From Eledone cirrhosa (Eukaryota): a stretch of 64,000 nt of DNA. Every line of letters starts with the position of its first letter. Within the stretch, counting starts at the first letter, position 1. The DNA lies in NCBI GenBank assembly GCA_964016885.1, contig OZ024752.1:30070001-30134000 (forward strand), in the 5' to 3' direction. Below are positions 40,923-55,495 of this stretch, in pieces. The position numbers were made by a program, and so were the translations under genes. Under the pieces are notes generated by a model. The model did no database searches, was not told the DNA's origin, and was given only the letters and a program-made list of their open reading frames with translations.

Positions 40923-41475
40923 GTAAGTATGCATGTATGTATACGTACATACATATATATATATATACAGACGTACAGTAGTATGTATATATATACATAC
41001 ATGCACACATATATATATGTATGTATCGGTTTATCGTTTTCGGTGCGCCCAATCGACTAAACTCACTCGATATGCAAATTAGGCTGCTCAGCCGTTAATA
41101 TGCATAAGGAAAGTATATACTTTCAGACGTTCAACCATCTGGCAGGAAGGTATACGATGCTGACGATAGCTAATAAGCTTGAAACTAGTACATCGTTCCT
41201 GTGTCAGTGTTGAACAAAAAGGTGACATGGTTGCCTAAACACTGTACGGCGTAATTCGGGCTGTTTGTTTGTTTACAAACAAACAAAGCGAGCATTATAA
41301 TAAATGTTCGGTAAACCGATACGTGCATATATATATGTGTGCATGTATGTATATATATACATACTACTGTACATCTGTATACATATATGTATGTACGTAT
41401 ACATACATGCATATTACATTTAAGTAACTGCCGTACTAAGAGTGAGAAATGAAATTTCGTTTCATTCTATTCTAT
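40923..41475 (+). mobile_element. Diverged single retrozyme-like monomer with inverted partial copy at its 5' side
   Basis: 41030-41475 aligns to the 466-bp unit. 40923-41036 is the reverse complement of 41309-41417. HHR at 41154-41196. Confidence 0.8.
41154..41196 (+). ncRNA. Type I hammerhead ribozyme (diverged copy)
   Basis: ACGATG-CTGACGA-T-AGCT aata AGCT-T-GAAA-CTAG-TA-CATCGT. Confidence 0.85.
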
Positions 41476-41511
41476 ATATATTCTATTCTATATATATACA
41501 TATATATATAC

Positions 41512-41574
<63 letters not shown>

Positions 41575-41583
41575 CATATATAT

Positions 41584-42408
41584 ATAAATTGAAACAAAAT
41601 GAAAACGAAATTTCATTTCTCACTCTTAGTATGGCACTTACTTAAATGTAAGTATGCATGTATACGTACATACATATATGTATACAGACGTACAGTAGCA
41701 TGCACATATATATATATATATATACATATATACATACATATGCATACAGGTACACATACATATATGCACGTATCAGTTTAGCGGCGCTAACGTCGCTTTG
41801 TTCGTTTGTAAACAAACTGAACAGCCTGAATTTATGCCATACGGTATTAAGGCAACCACGTCACCTTTTTGTTCAACACTGACACAGGAACGATGTACTA
41901 GTTTCAAGCTTGTTAGCTATCATCAGCACCGTTTACCCATCTGCCAGATAGTTGAACGTTCGAAAGTATATACTTTCCTTATGAAAATTAACGGCTGAGC
42001 AGCCTAATTTGCATATTGAGTGAGTTAAATCGGTCAGGCATACCGAAAACGATAAATTGAAACAAAATGAAAACGAAATTTCATTTCTCACTCTTAGTAT
42101 GGCACTTACTTAAATGTAAGTATGCATGTATACGTACATACATATATGTATACAGACGTACAGTAGCATGCACATATATATATATATATATACATATATA
42201 CATACATATGCATACAGGTACACATACATATATGCACGTATCAGTTTAGCGGCGCTAACGTCGCTTTGTTCGTTTGTAAACAAACTGAACAGCCTGAATT
42301 TATGCCATACGGTATTAAGGCAACCACGTCACCTTTTTGTTCAACACTGACACAGGAACGATGTACTAGTTTCAAGCTTGTTAGCTATCATCAGCACCGT
42401 TTACCCAT
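41584..42408 (-). repeat. Inverted ~1.8 units of the 466-bp hammerhead repeat (HHRs at 41891-41931 and 42359-42399)
   Basis: Reverse complement of array units; junction microhomology CAT at 42406-42408. Confidence 0.92.
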
Positions 42409-42507
42409 TTAAGTAAGTGCCATACTAAGAGTGAGAAATGAAATTTCGTTTTCATTTTGTTTCAATTTATCGTTTTCGGTATGCCTGACCGATTTAACTC
42501 ACTCAAT

Positions 42508-42515
42508 ATGCAAAT
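42508..42515 (+). promoter_or_regulatory. Octamer motif ATGCAAAT (one per unit; also 41072-41079)
   Basis: Perfect octamer about 110 nt upstream of the HHR cleavage site, retained in the diverged copy. Function is inferred only. Confidence 0.4.
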
Positions 42516-42588
42516 TAGGCTGCTCAGCCGTTAATTTTCATAAGGAAAGTATATACTTTCGAACGTTCAACTATCTGGCAGATGGGTA

Positions 42589-42633
42589 AACGGTGCTGAT
42601 GATAGCTAACAAGCTTGAAACTAGTACATCGTT
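42589..42633 (+). ncRNA. Type I minimal hammerhead ribozyme (first of 24; last at about 53315-53359)
   Basis: AACGGTG-CTGATGA-T-AGCT aaca AGCT-T-GAAA-CTAG-TA-CATCGTT. Stem I is 7 bp with one G.U. Predicted cleavage after GUA at 42626. Confidence 0.88.
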
Positions 42634-45600
42634 CCTGTGTCAGTGTTGAACAAAAAGGTGACGTGGTTGCCTTAATACCGTATGGCATAAATTCAGGCTG
42701 TTCAGTTTGTTTACAAACGAACAAAGCGACGTTAGCGCCGCTAAACTGATACGTGCATATATGTATGTGTACCTGTATGCATATGTATGTATATATGTAT
42801 ATATATATATATATGTGCATGCTACTGTACGTCTGTATACATATATGTATGTACGTATACATGCATACTTACATTTAAGTAAGTGCCATACTAAGAGTGA
42901 GAAATGAAATTTCGTTTTCATTTTGTTTCAATTTATCGTTTTCGGTATGCCTGACCGATTTAACTCACTCAATATGCAAATTAGGCTGCTCAGCCGTTAA
43001 TTTTCATAAGGAAAGTATATACTTTCGAACGTTCAACTATCTGGCAGATGGGTAAACGGTGCTGATGATAGCTAACAAGCTTGAAACTAGTACATCGTTC
43101 CTGTGTCAGTGTTGAACAAAAAGGTGACGTGGTTGCCTTAATACCGTATGGCATAAATTCAGGCTGTTCAGTTTGTTTACAAACGAACAAAGCGACGTTA
43201 GCGCCGCTAAACTGATACGTGCATATATGTATGTGTACCTGTATGCATATGTATGTATATATGTATATATATATATATATATGTGCATGCTACTGTACGT
43301 CTGTATACATATATTTATGTACGTATACATGCATACTTACATTTAAGTAAGTGCCATACTAAGAGTGAGAAATGAAATTTCGTTTTCATTTTGTTTCAAT
43401 TTATCGTTTTCGGTATGCCTGACCGATTTAACTCACTCAATATGCAAATTAGGCTGCTCAGCCGTTAATTTTCATAAGGAAAGTATATACTTTCGAACGT
43501 TCAACTATCTGGCAGATGGGTAAACGGTGCTGATGATAGCTAACAAGCTTGAAACTAGTACATCGTTCCTGTGTCAGTGTTGAACAAAAAGGTGACGTGG
43601 TTGCCTTAATACCGTATGGCATAAATTCAGGCTGTTCAGTTTGTTTACAAACGAACAAAGCGACGTTAGCGCCGCTAAACTGATACGTGCATATATGTAT
43701 GTGTACCTGTATGCATATGTATGTATATATGTATATATATATATATATGTGCATGCTACTGTACGTCTGTATACATATATGTATGTACGTATACATGCAT
43801 ACTTACATTTAAGTAAGTGCCATACTAAGAGTGAGAAATGAAATTTCGTTTTCATTTTGTTTCAATTTATCGTTTTCGGTATGCCTGACCGATTTAACTC
43901 ACTCAATATGCAAATTAGGCTGCTCAGCCGTTAATTTTCATAAGGAAAGTATATACTTTCGAACGTTCAACTATCTGGCAGATGGGTAAACGGTGCTGAT
44001 GATAGCTAACAAGCTTGAAACTAGTACATCGTTCCTGTGTCAGTGTTGAACAAAAAGGTGACGTGGTTGCCTTAATACCGTATGGCATAAATTCAGGCTG
44101 TTCAGTTTGTTTACAAACGAACAAAGCGACGTTAGCGCCGCTAAACTGATACGTGCATATATGTATGTGTACCTGTATGCATATGTATGTATATATATAT
44201 ATATATATGTGCATGCTACTGTACGTCTGTATACATATATGTATGTACGTATACATGCATACTTACATTTAAGTAAGTGCCATACTAAGAGTGAGAAATG
44301 AAATTTCGTTTTCATTTTGTTTCAATTTATCGTTTTCGGTATGCCTGACCGATTTAACTCACTCAATATGCAAATTAGGCTGCTCAGCCGTTAATTTTCA
44401 TAAGGAAAGTATATACTTTCGAACGTTCAACTATCTGGCAGATGGGTAAACGGTGCTGATGATAGCTAACAAGCTTGAAACTAGTACATCGTTCCTGTGT
44501 CAGTGTTGAACAAAAAGGTGACGTGGTTGCCTTAATACCGTATGGCATAAATTCAGGCTGTTCAGTTTGTTTACAAACGAACAAAGCGACGTTAGCGCCG
44601 CTAAACTGATACGTGCATATATGTATGTGTACCTGTATGCATATGTATGTATATATGTATATATATATATATATGTGCATGCTACTGTACGTCTGTATAC
44701 ATATATGTATGTACGTATACATGCATACTTACATTTAAGTAAGTGCCATACTAAGAGTGAGAAATGAAATTTCGTTTTCATTTTGTTTCAATTTATCGTT
44801 TTCGGTATGCCTGACCGATTTAACTCACTCAATATGCAAATTAGGCTGCTCAGCCGTTAATTTTCATAAGGAAAGTATATACTTTCGAACGTTCAACTAT
44901 CTGGCAGATGGGTAAACGGTGCTGATGATAGCTAACAAGCTTGAAACTAGTACATCGTTCCTGTGTCAGTGTTGAACAAAAAGGTGACGTGGTTGCCTTA
45001 ATACCGTATGGCATAAATTCAGGCTGTTCAGTTTGTTTACAAACGAACAAAGCGACGTTAGCGCCGCTAAACTGATACGTGCATATATGTATGTGTACCT
45101 GTATGCATATGTATGTATATATGTATATATATATATATATATGTGCATGCTACTGTACGTCTGTATACATATATGTATGTACGTATACATGCATACTTAC
45201 ATTTAAGTAAGTGCCATACTAAGAGTGAGAAATGAAATTTCGTTTTCATTTTGTTTCAATTTATCGTTTTCGGTATGCCTGACCGATTTAACTCACTCAA
45301 TATGCAAATTAGGCTGCTCAGCCGTTAATTTTCATAAGGAAAGTATATACTTTCGAACGTTCAACTATCTGGCAGATGGGTAAACGGTGCTGATGATAGC
45401 TAACAAGCTTGAAACTAGTACATCGTTCCTGTGTCAGTGTTGAACAAAAAGGTGACGTGGTTGCCTTAATACCGTATGGCATAAATTCAGGCTGTTCAGT
45501 TTGTTTACAAACGAACAAAGCGACGTTAGCGCCGCTAAACTGATACGTGCATATATGTATGTGTACCTGTATGCATATGTATGTATATATGTATATATAT

Positions 45601-48600
45601 ATATATATGTGCATGCTACTGTACGTCTGTATACATATATGTATGTACGTATACATGCATACTTACATTTAAGTAAGTGCCATACTAAGAGTGAGAAATG
45701 AAATTTCGTTTTCATTTTGTTTCAATTTATCGTTTTCGGTATGCCTGACCGATTTAACTCACTCAATATGCAAATTAGGCTGCTCAGCCGTTAATTTTCA
45801 TAAGGAAAGTATATACTTTCGAACGTTCAACTATCTGGCAGATGGGTAAACGGTGCTGATGATAGCTAACAAGCTTGAAACTAGTACATCGTTCCTGTGT
45901 CAGTGTTGAACAAAAAGGTGACGTGGTTGCCTTAATACCGTATGGCATAAATTCAGGCTGTTCAGTTTGTTTACAAACGAACAAAGCGACGTTAGCGCCG
46001 CTAAACTGATACGTGCATATATGTATGTGTACCTGTATGCATATGTATGTATATATGTATATATATATATATATGTGCATGCTACTGTACGTCTGTATAC
46101 ATATATGTATGTACGTATACATGCATACTTACATTTAAGTAAGTGCCATACTAAGAGTGAGAAATGAAATTTCGTTTTCATTTTGTTTCAATTTATCGTT
46201 TTCGGTATGCCTGACCGATTTAACTCACTCAATATGCAAATTAGGCTGCTCAGCCGTTAATTTTCATAAGGAAAGTATATACTTTCGAACGTTCAACTAT
46301 CTGGCAGATGGGTAAACGGTGCTGATGATAGCTAACAAGCTTGAAACTAGTACATCGTTCCTGTGTCAGTGTTGAACAAAAAGGTGACGTGGTTGCCTTA
46401 ATACCGTATGGCATAAATTCAGGCTGTTCAGTTTGTTTACAAACGAACAAAGCGACGTTAGCGCCGCTAAACTGATACGTGCATATATGTATGTGTACCT
46501 GTATGCATATGTATGTATATATGTATATATATATATATATATGTGCATGCTACTGTACGTCTGTATACATATATGTATGTACGTATACATGCATACTTAC
46601 ATTTAAGTAAGTGCCATACTAAGAGTGAGAAATGAAATTTCGTTTTCATTTTGTTTCAATTTATCGTTTTCGGTATGCCTGACCGATTTAACTCACTCAA
46701 TATGCAAATTAGGCTGCTCAGCCGTTAATTTTCATAAGGAAAGTATATACTTTCGAACGTTCAACTATCTGGCAGATGGGTAAACGGTGCTGATGATAGC
46801 TAACAAGCTTGAAACTAGTACATCGTTCCTGTGTCAGTGTTGAACAAAAAGGTGACGTGGTTGCCTTAATACCGTATGGCATAAATTCAGGCTGTTCAGT
46901 TTGTTTACAAACGAACAAAGCGACGTTAGCGCCGCTAAACTGATACGTGCATATATGTATGTGTACCTGTATGCATATGTATGTATATATGTATATATAT
47001 ATATATATATATGTGCATGCTACTGTACGTCTGTATACATATATGTATGTACGTATACATGCATACTTACATTTAAGTAAGTGCCATACTAAGAGTGAGA
47101 AATGAAATTTCGTTTTCATTTTGTTTCAATTTATCGTTTTCGGTATGCCTGACCGATTTAACTCACTCAATATGCAAATTAGGCTGCTCAGCCGTTAATT
47201 TTCATAAGGAAAGTATATACTTTCGAACGTTCAACTATCTGGCAGATGGGTAAACGGTGCTGATGATAGCTAACAAGCTTGAAACTAGTACATCGTTCCT
47301 GTGTCAGTGTTGAACAAAAAGGTGACGTGGTTGCCTTAATACCGTATGGCATAAATTCAGGCTGTTCAGTTTGTTTACAAACGAACAAAGCGACGTTAGC
47401 GCCGCTAAACTGATACGTGCATATATGTATGTGTACCTGTATGCATATGTATGTATATATGTATATATATATATATATGTGCATGCTACTGTACGTCTGT
47501 ATACATATATGTATGTACGTATACATGCATACTTACATTTAAGTAAGTGCCATACTAAGAGTGAGAAATGAAATTTCGTTTTCATTTTGTTTCAATTTAT
47601 CGTTTTCGGTATGCCTGACCGATTTAACTCACTCAATATGCAAATTAGGCTGCTCAGCCGTTAATTTTCATAAGGAAAGTATATACTTTCGAACGTTCAA
47701 CTATCTGGCAGATGGGTAAACGGTGCTGATGATAGCTAACAAGCTTGAAACTAGTACATCGTTCCTGTGTCAGTGTTGAACAAAAAGGTGACGTGGTTGC
47801 CTTAATACCGTATGGCATAAATTCAGGCTGTTCAGTTTGTTTACAAACGAACAAAGCGACGTTAGCGCCGCTAAACTGATACGTGCATATATGTATGTGT
47901 ACCTGTATGCATATGTATGTATATATGTATATATATATATATATATGTGCATGCTACTGTACGTCTGTATACATATATGTATGTACGTATACATGCATAC
48001 TTACATTTAAGTAAGTGCCATACTAAGAGTGAGAAATGAAATTTCGTTTTCATTTTGTTTCAATTTATCGTTTTCGGTATGCCTGACCGATTTAACTCAC
48101 TCAATATGCAAATTAGGCTGCTCAGCCGTTAATTTTCATAAGGAAAGTATATACTTTCGAACGTTCAACTATCTGGCAGATGGGTAAACGGTGCTGATGA
48201 TAGCTAACAAGCTTGAAACTAGTACATCGTTCCTGTGTCAGTGTTGAACAAAAAGGTGACGTGGTTGCCTTAATACCGTATGGCATAAATTCAGGCTGTT
48301 CAGTTTGTTTACAAACGAACAAAGCGACGTTAGCGCCGCTAAACTGATACGTGCATATATGTATGTGTACCTGTATGCATATGTATGTATATATGTATAT
48401 ATATATATATATGTGCATGCTACTGTACGTCTGTATACATATATGTATGTACGTATACATGCATACTTACATTTAAGTAAGTGCCATACTAAGAGTGAGA
48501 AATGAAATTTCGTTTTCATTTTGTTTCAATTTATCGTTTTCGGTATGCCTGACCGATTTAACTCACTCAATATGCAAATTAGGCTGCTCAGCCGTTAATT

Positions 48601-51600
48601 TTCATAAGGAAAGTATATACTTTCGAACGTTCAACTATCTGGCAGATGGGTAAACGGTGCTGATGATAGCTAACAAGCTTGAAACTAGTACATCGTTCCT
48701 GTGTCAGTGTTGAACAAAAAGGTGACGTGGTTGCCTTAATACCGTATGGCATAAATTCAGGCTGTTCAGTTTGTTTACAAACGAACAAAGCGACGTTAGC
48801 GCCGCTAAACTGATACGTGCATATATGTATGTGTACCTGTATGCATATGTATGTATATATGTATATATATATATATATGTGCATGCTACTGTACGTCTGT
48901 ATACATATATGTATGTACGTATACATGCATACTTACATTTAAGTAAGTGCCATACTAAGAGTGAGAAATGAAATTTCGTTTTCATTTTGTTTCAATTTAT
49001 CGTTTTCGGTATGCCTGACCGATTTAACTCACTCAATATGCAAATTAGGCTGCTCAGCCGTTAATTTTCATAAGGAAAGTATATACTTTCGAACGTTCAA
49101 CTATCTGGCAGATGGGTAAACGGTGCTGATGATAGCTAACAAGCTTGAAACTAGTACATCGTTCCTGTGTCAGTGTTGAACAAAAAGGTGACGTGGTTGC
49201 CTTAATACCGTATGGCATAAATTCAGGCTGTTCAGTTTGTTTACAAACGAACAAAGCGACGTTAGCGCCGCTAAACTGATACGTGCATATATGTATGTGT
49301 ACCTGTATGCATATGTATGTATATATGTATATATATATATATATGTGCATGCTACTGTACGTCTGTATACATATATGTATGTACGTATACATGCATACTT
49401 ACATTTAAGTAAGTGCCATACTAAGAGTGAGAAATGAAATTTCGTTTTCATTTTGTTTCAATTTATCGTTTTCGGTATGCCTGACCGATTTAACTCACTC
49501 AATATGCAAATTAGGCTGCTCAGCCGTTAATTTTCATAAGGAAAGTATATACTTTCGAACGTTCAACTATCTGGCAGATGGGTAAACGGTGCTGATGATA
49601 GCTAACAAGCTTGAAACTAGTACATCGTTCCTGTGTCAGTGTTGAACAAAAAGGTGACGTGGTTGCCTTAATACCGTATGGCATAAATTCAGGCTGTTCA
49701 GTTTGTTTACAAACGAACAAAGCGACGTTAGCGCCGCTAAACTGATACGTGCATATATGTATGTGTACCTGTATGCATATGTATGTATATATGTATATAT
49801 ATATATATGTGCATGCTACTGTACGTCTGTATACATATATGTATGTACGTATACATGCATACTTACATTTAAGTAAGTGCCATACTAAGAGTGAGAAATG
49901 AAATTTCGTTTTCATTTTGTTTCAATTTATCGTTTTCGGTATGCCTGACCGATTTAACTCACTCAATATGCAAATTAGGCTGCTCAGCCGTTAATTTTCA
50001 TAAGGAAAGTATATACTTTCGAACGTTCAACTATCTGGCAGATGGGTAAACGGTGCTGATGATAGCTAACAAGCTTGAAACTAGTACATCGTTCCTGTGT
50101 CAGTGTTGAACAAAAAGGTGACGTGGTTGCCTTAATACCGTATGGCATAAATTCAGGCTGTTCAGTTTGTTTACAAACGAACAAAGCGACGTTAGCGCCG
50201 CTAAACTGATACGTGCATATATGTATGTGTACCTGTATGCATATGTATGTATATATGTATATATATATATATATGTGCATGCTACTGTACGTCTGTATAC
50301 ATATATGTATGTACGTATACATGCATACTTACATTTAAGTAAGTGCCATACTAAGAGTGAGAAATGAAATTTCGTTTTCATTTTGTTTCAATTTATCGTT
50401 TTCGGTATGCCTGACCGATTTAACTCACTCAATATGCAAATTAGGCTGCTCAGCCGTTAATTTTCATAAGGAAAGTATATACTTTCGAACGTTCAACTAT
50501 CTGGCAGATGGGTAAACGGTGCTGATGATAGCTAACAAGCTTGAAACTAGTACATCGTTCCTGTGTCAGTGTTGAACAAAAAGGTGACGTGGTTGCCTTA
50601 ATACCGTATGGCATAAATTCAGGCTGTTCAGTTTGTTTACAAACGAACAAAGCGACGTTAGCGCCGCTAAACTGATACGTGCATATATGTATGTGTACCT
50701 GTATGCATATGTATGTATATATGTATATATATATATATATGTGCATGCTACTGTACGTCTGTATACATATATGTATGTACGTATACATGCATACTTACAT
50801 TTAAGTAAGTGCCATACTAAGAGTGAGAAATGAAATTTCGTTTTCATTTTGTTTCAATTTATCGTTTTCGGTATGCCTGACCGATTTAACTCACTCAATA
50901 TGCAAATTAGGCTGCTCAGCCGTTAATTTTCATAAGGAAAGTATATACTTTCGAACGTTCAACTATCTGGCAGATGGGTAAACGGTGCTGATGATAGCTA
51001 ACAAGCTTGAAACTAGTACATCGTTCCTGTGTCAGTGTTGAACAAAAAGGTGACGTGGTTGCCTTAATACCGTATGGCATAAATTCAGGCTGTTCAGTTT
51101 GTTTACAAACGAACAAAGCGACGTTAGCGCCGCTAAACTGATACGTGCATATATGTATGTGTACCTGTATGCATATGTATGTATATATGTATATATATAT
51201 ATATATATGTGCATGCTACTGTACGTCTGTATACATATATGTATGTACGTATACATGCATACTTACATTTAAGTAAGTGCCATACTAAGAGTGAGAAATG
51301 AAATTTCGTTTTCATTTTGTTTCAATTTATCGTTTTCGGTATGCCTGACCGATTTAACTCACTCAATATGCAAATTAGGCTGCTCAGCCGTTAATTTTCA
51401 TAAGGAAAGTATATACTTTCGAACGTTCAACTATCTGGCAGATGGGTAAACGGTGCTGATGATAGCTAACAAGCTTGAAACTAGTACATCGTTCCTGTGT
51501 CAGTGTTGAACAAAAAGGTGACGTGGTTGCCTTAATACCGTATGGCATAAATTCAGGCTGTTCAGTTTGTTTACAAACGAACAAAGCGACGTTAGCGCCG

Positions 51601-53599
51601 CTAAACTGATACGTGCATATATGTATGTGTACCTGTATGCATATGTATGTATATATGTATATATATATATATATGTGCATGCTACTGTACGTCTGTATAC
51701 ATATATGTATGTACGTATACATGCATACTTACATTTAAGTAAGTGCCATACTAAGAGTGAGAAATGAAATTTCGTTTTCATTTTGTTTCAATTTATCGTT
51801 TTCGGTATGCCTGACCGATTTAACTCACTCAATATGCAAATTAGGCTGCTCAGCCGTTAATTTTCATAAGGAAAGTATATACTTTCGAACGTTCAACTAT
51901 CTGGCAGATGGGTAAACGGTGCTGATGATAGCTAACAAGCTTGAAACTAGTACATCGTTCCTGTGTCAGTGTTGAACAAAAAGGTGACGTGGTTGCCTTA
52001 ATACCGTATGGCATAAATTCAGGCTGTTCAGTTTGTTTACAAACGAACAAAGCGACGTTAGCGCCGCTAAACTGATACGTGCATATATGTATGTGTACCT
52101 GTATGCATATGTATGTATATATGTATATATATATATATATGTGCATGCTACTGTACGTCTGTATACATATATGTATGTACGTATACATGCATACTTACAT
52201 TTAAGTAAGTGCCATAATAAGAGTGAGAAATGAAATTTCGTTTTCATTTTGTTTCAATTTATCGTTTTCGGTATGCCTGACCGATTTAACTCACTCAATA
52301 TGCAAATTAGGCTGCTCAGCCGTTAATTTTCATAAGGAAAGTATATACTTTCGAACGTTCAACTATCTGGCAGATGGGTAAACGGTGCTGATGATAGCTA
52401 ACAAGCTTGAAACTAGTACATCGTTCCTGTGTCAGTGTTGAACAAAAAGGTGACGTGGTTGCCTTAATACCGTATGGCATAAATTCAGGCTGTTCAGTTT
52501 GTTTACAAACGAACAAAGCGACGTTAGCGCCGCTAAACTGATACGTGCATATATGTATGTGTACCTGTATGCATATGTATGTATATATGTATATATATAT
52601 ATATATATGTGCATGCTACTGTACGTCTGTATACATATATGTATGTACGTATACATGCATACTTACATTTAAGTAAGTGCCATACTAAGAGTGAGAAATG
52701 AAATTTCGTTTTCATTTTGTTTCAATTTATCGTTTTCGGTATGCCTGACCGATTTAACTCACTCAATATGCAAATTAGGCTGCTCAGCCGTTAATTTTCA
52801 TAAGGAAAGTATATACTTTCGAACGTTCAACTATCTGGCAGATGGGTAAACGGTGCTGATGATAGCTAACAAGCTTGAAACTAGTACATCGTTCCTGTGT
52901 CAGTGTTGAACAAAAAGGTGACGTGGTTGCCTTAATACCGTATGGCATAAATTCAGGCTGTTCAGTTTGTTTACAAACGAACAAAGCGACGTTAGCGCCG
53001 CTAAACTGATACGTGCATATATGTATGTGTACCTGTATGCATATGTATGTATATATGTATATATATATATATATGTGCATGCTACTGTACGTCTGTATAC
53101 ATATATGTATGTACGTATACATGCATACTTACATTTAAGTAAGTGCCATACTAAGAGTGAGAAATGAAATTTCGTTTTCATTTTGTTTCAATTTATCGTT
53201 TTCGGTATGCCTGACCGATTTAACTCACTCAATATGCAAATTAGGCTGCTCAGCCGTTAATTTTCATAAGGAAAGTATATACTTTCGAACGTTCAACTAT
53301 CTGGCAGATGGGTAAACGGTGCTGATGATAGCTAACAAGCTTGAAACTAGTACATCGTTCCTGTGTCAGTGTTGAACAAAAAAGGTGACGTGGTTGCCTT
53401 AATACCGTATGGCATAAATTCAGGCTGTTCAGTTTGTTTACAAACGAACAAAGCGACGTTAGCGCCGCTAAACTGATACGTGCATATATGTATGTGTACC
53501 TGTATGCATATGTATGTATATATGTATATATATATATATATGTGCATGCTACTGTACGTCTGTATACATATATGTATGTACGTATACATGCATACTTAC

Positions 53600-53790
<191 letters not shown>

Positions 53791-53923
53791 TAGATAAATC
53801 TACCAAGAGTTTACGGTAGTGTCCAATCCGTATGAAGAACTCAATGTAATCCGGATATCATGGAAAGAAGAGATGCAATGAAAAATCACTTTCGGTGAAA
53901 GATAAACGGAATACAGAGTCAAG

Positions 53924-54242
53924 ATAAAATATTAAAAAAATAATGAATAAAACAATGAAACAGTTCCTTATATTAAACAAAAAAAGTTCATTATTTAACG
54001 ATCGTTTCTAGGATATATATGTGGGATTATTTCTGAAGACGGCATATATATGTGTTGGTATGTATATTTAATTTTGATAGTTTGTATAATTTTGTATAAT
54101 TTTGTACATAGATCTGTTGAATATGCATGCCAATTCTAACACACATATATATCCTAGAAACGATCGTTAAATAATGAACTTTTTTTGTTTAACATAAGGA
54201 ACTGTTTCATTGTTTTATTCATTATTTTTTTTAATATTTTAT
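53924..54242. mobile_element. ~100-bp inverted repeat (53924-54023 / 54142-54242) with hammerhead
   Basis: Arms are near-perfect reverse complements. Confidence 0.75.
54026..54175 (+). ncRNA. Type I hammerhead with very long stem II
   Basis: ATTATTT-CTGAAGA-[~117-nt hairpin]-GAAA-CGATCG-TT-AAATAAT; 7-bp stem I and palindromic stem III. Confidence 0.65.
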
Positions 54243-54267
54243 ATACATATATATACATATATATATA

Positions 54268-54299
<32 letters not shown>

Positions 54300-54310
54300 C
54301 ATATATATAC

Positions 54311-54343
<33 letters not shown>

Positions 54344-54344
54344 C

Positions 54345-54397
<53 letters not shown>

Positions 54398-54502
54398 CAT
54401 ATATATATACATATATATACATATACATATATATATACATATATATACATATATATATACATATATATATACATATATATACATATATACATATATATAT
54501 AC

Positions 54503-54551
<49 letters not shown>

Positions 54552-54588
54552 CATATATATATACATATATATATATACATATATATAT

Positions 54589-54659
<71 letters not shown>

Positions 54660-54670
54660 CATATATATAC

Positions 54671-54733
<63 letters not shown>

Positions 54734-54735
54734 TA
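54240..54735. repeat. (TA)n/(CATA)n microsatellite
   Basis: Direct inspection. Confidence 0.95.
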
Positions 54736-55163
54736 AATTGGTAAAAGGAAAAGAAAATGCTGATAAATTGTTCCCAGTGAAAAATAGTTTAATTCGGAAT
54801 AAGTAAAAATTAGTAATAAGTATTGGTTAGTATTCAGTTTTGGTTTTAAGTTTTTACCAGTTGCGCATTTCTAATGCTTTTCAAAAATAATGATGTTTGC
54901 TCTAATCTGATTAGTTTTGGAAATTCTACCTGTTTTATGTGAAAAAAGTGGCTCTAGATGTATTAAAATAAGTTTCGCGCCAATTCGTGTTGCAAAAATT
55001 CTTGTGGTCAATACAATTTTGATTGGTCGGTAGAGGTCATGTGAATGTTAAAATACATACACATATATATATATACATATATATATATATACATACATAT
55101 ATATATATATACATATATATATAGAATTCACAAGAATCAAAGCTATGTTCAAAGCATTTATTA

Positions 55164-55208
55164 ACTTACAATTGTTTCATCCAAACCTAGGCTTGAAGTC
55201 TTCGGAGC
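55164..55208 (-). ncRNA. Hammerhead-like motif with U4C core change
   Basis: GCT-CCGAAGA-C-TTCAAGC ctag GTTTGGA-T-GAAA-CAATTG-TA-AGT. Confidence 0.45.
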
Positions 55209-55495
55209 ATTTTTCAATGTTTGTACACATGATTGACCTCCTTTCCAACGCAAGAGACATACAGATACATATGTATATATTGATGTACAGTGGAGTGACA
55301 TATATTATATTATATTACTTCCGTAAAGCAATTCAAATTCAAAGTCAAGATCAATATCAAAATTAAAACAAAATTAAAATTAAAACAAAACAAAACTAAA
55401 ATACATTCGGCAGTTAACATGTTTGTTAGTCAGATGTAGTAGTTATTGTATGCGTTAGTTATGTGTGTCTCATTTATATATGGTTATTGTGTGGC

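Noticed and set aside
40923-41417. MITE with 110-bp TIRs
   Set aside because: Unit homology continues beyond the right arm and no TSD was found; better explained as an inverted partial copy of the retrozyme monomer.
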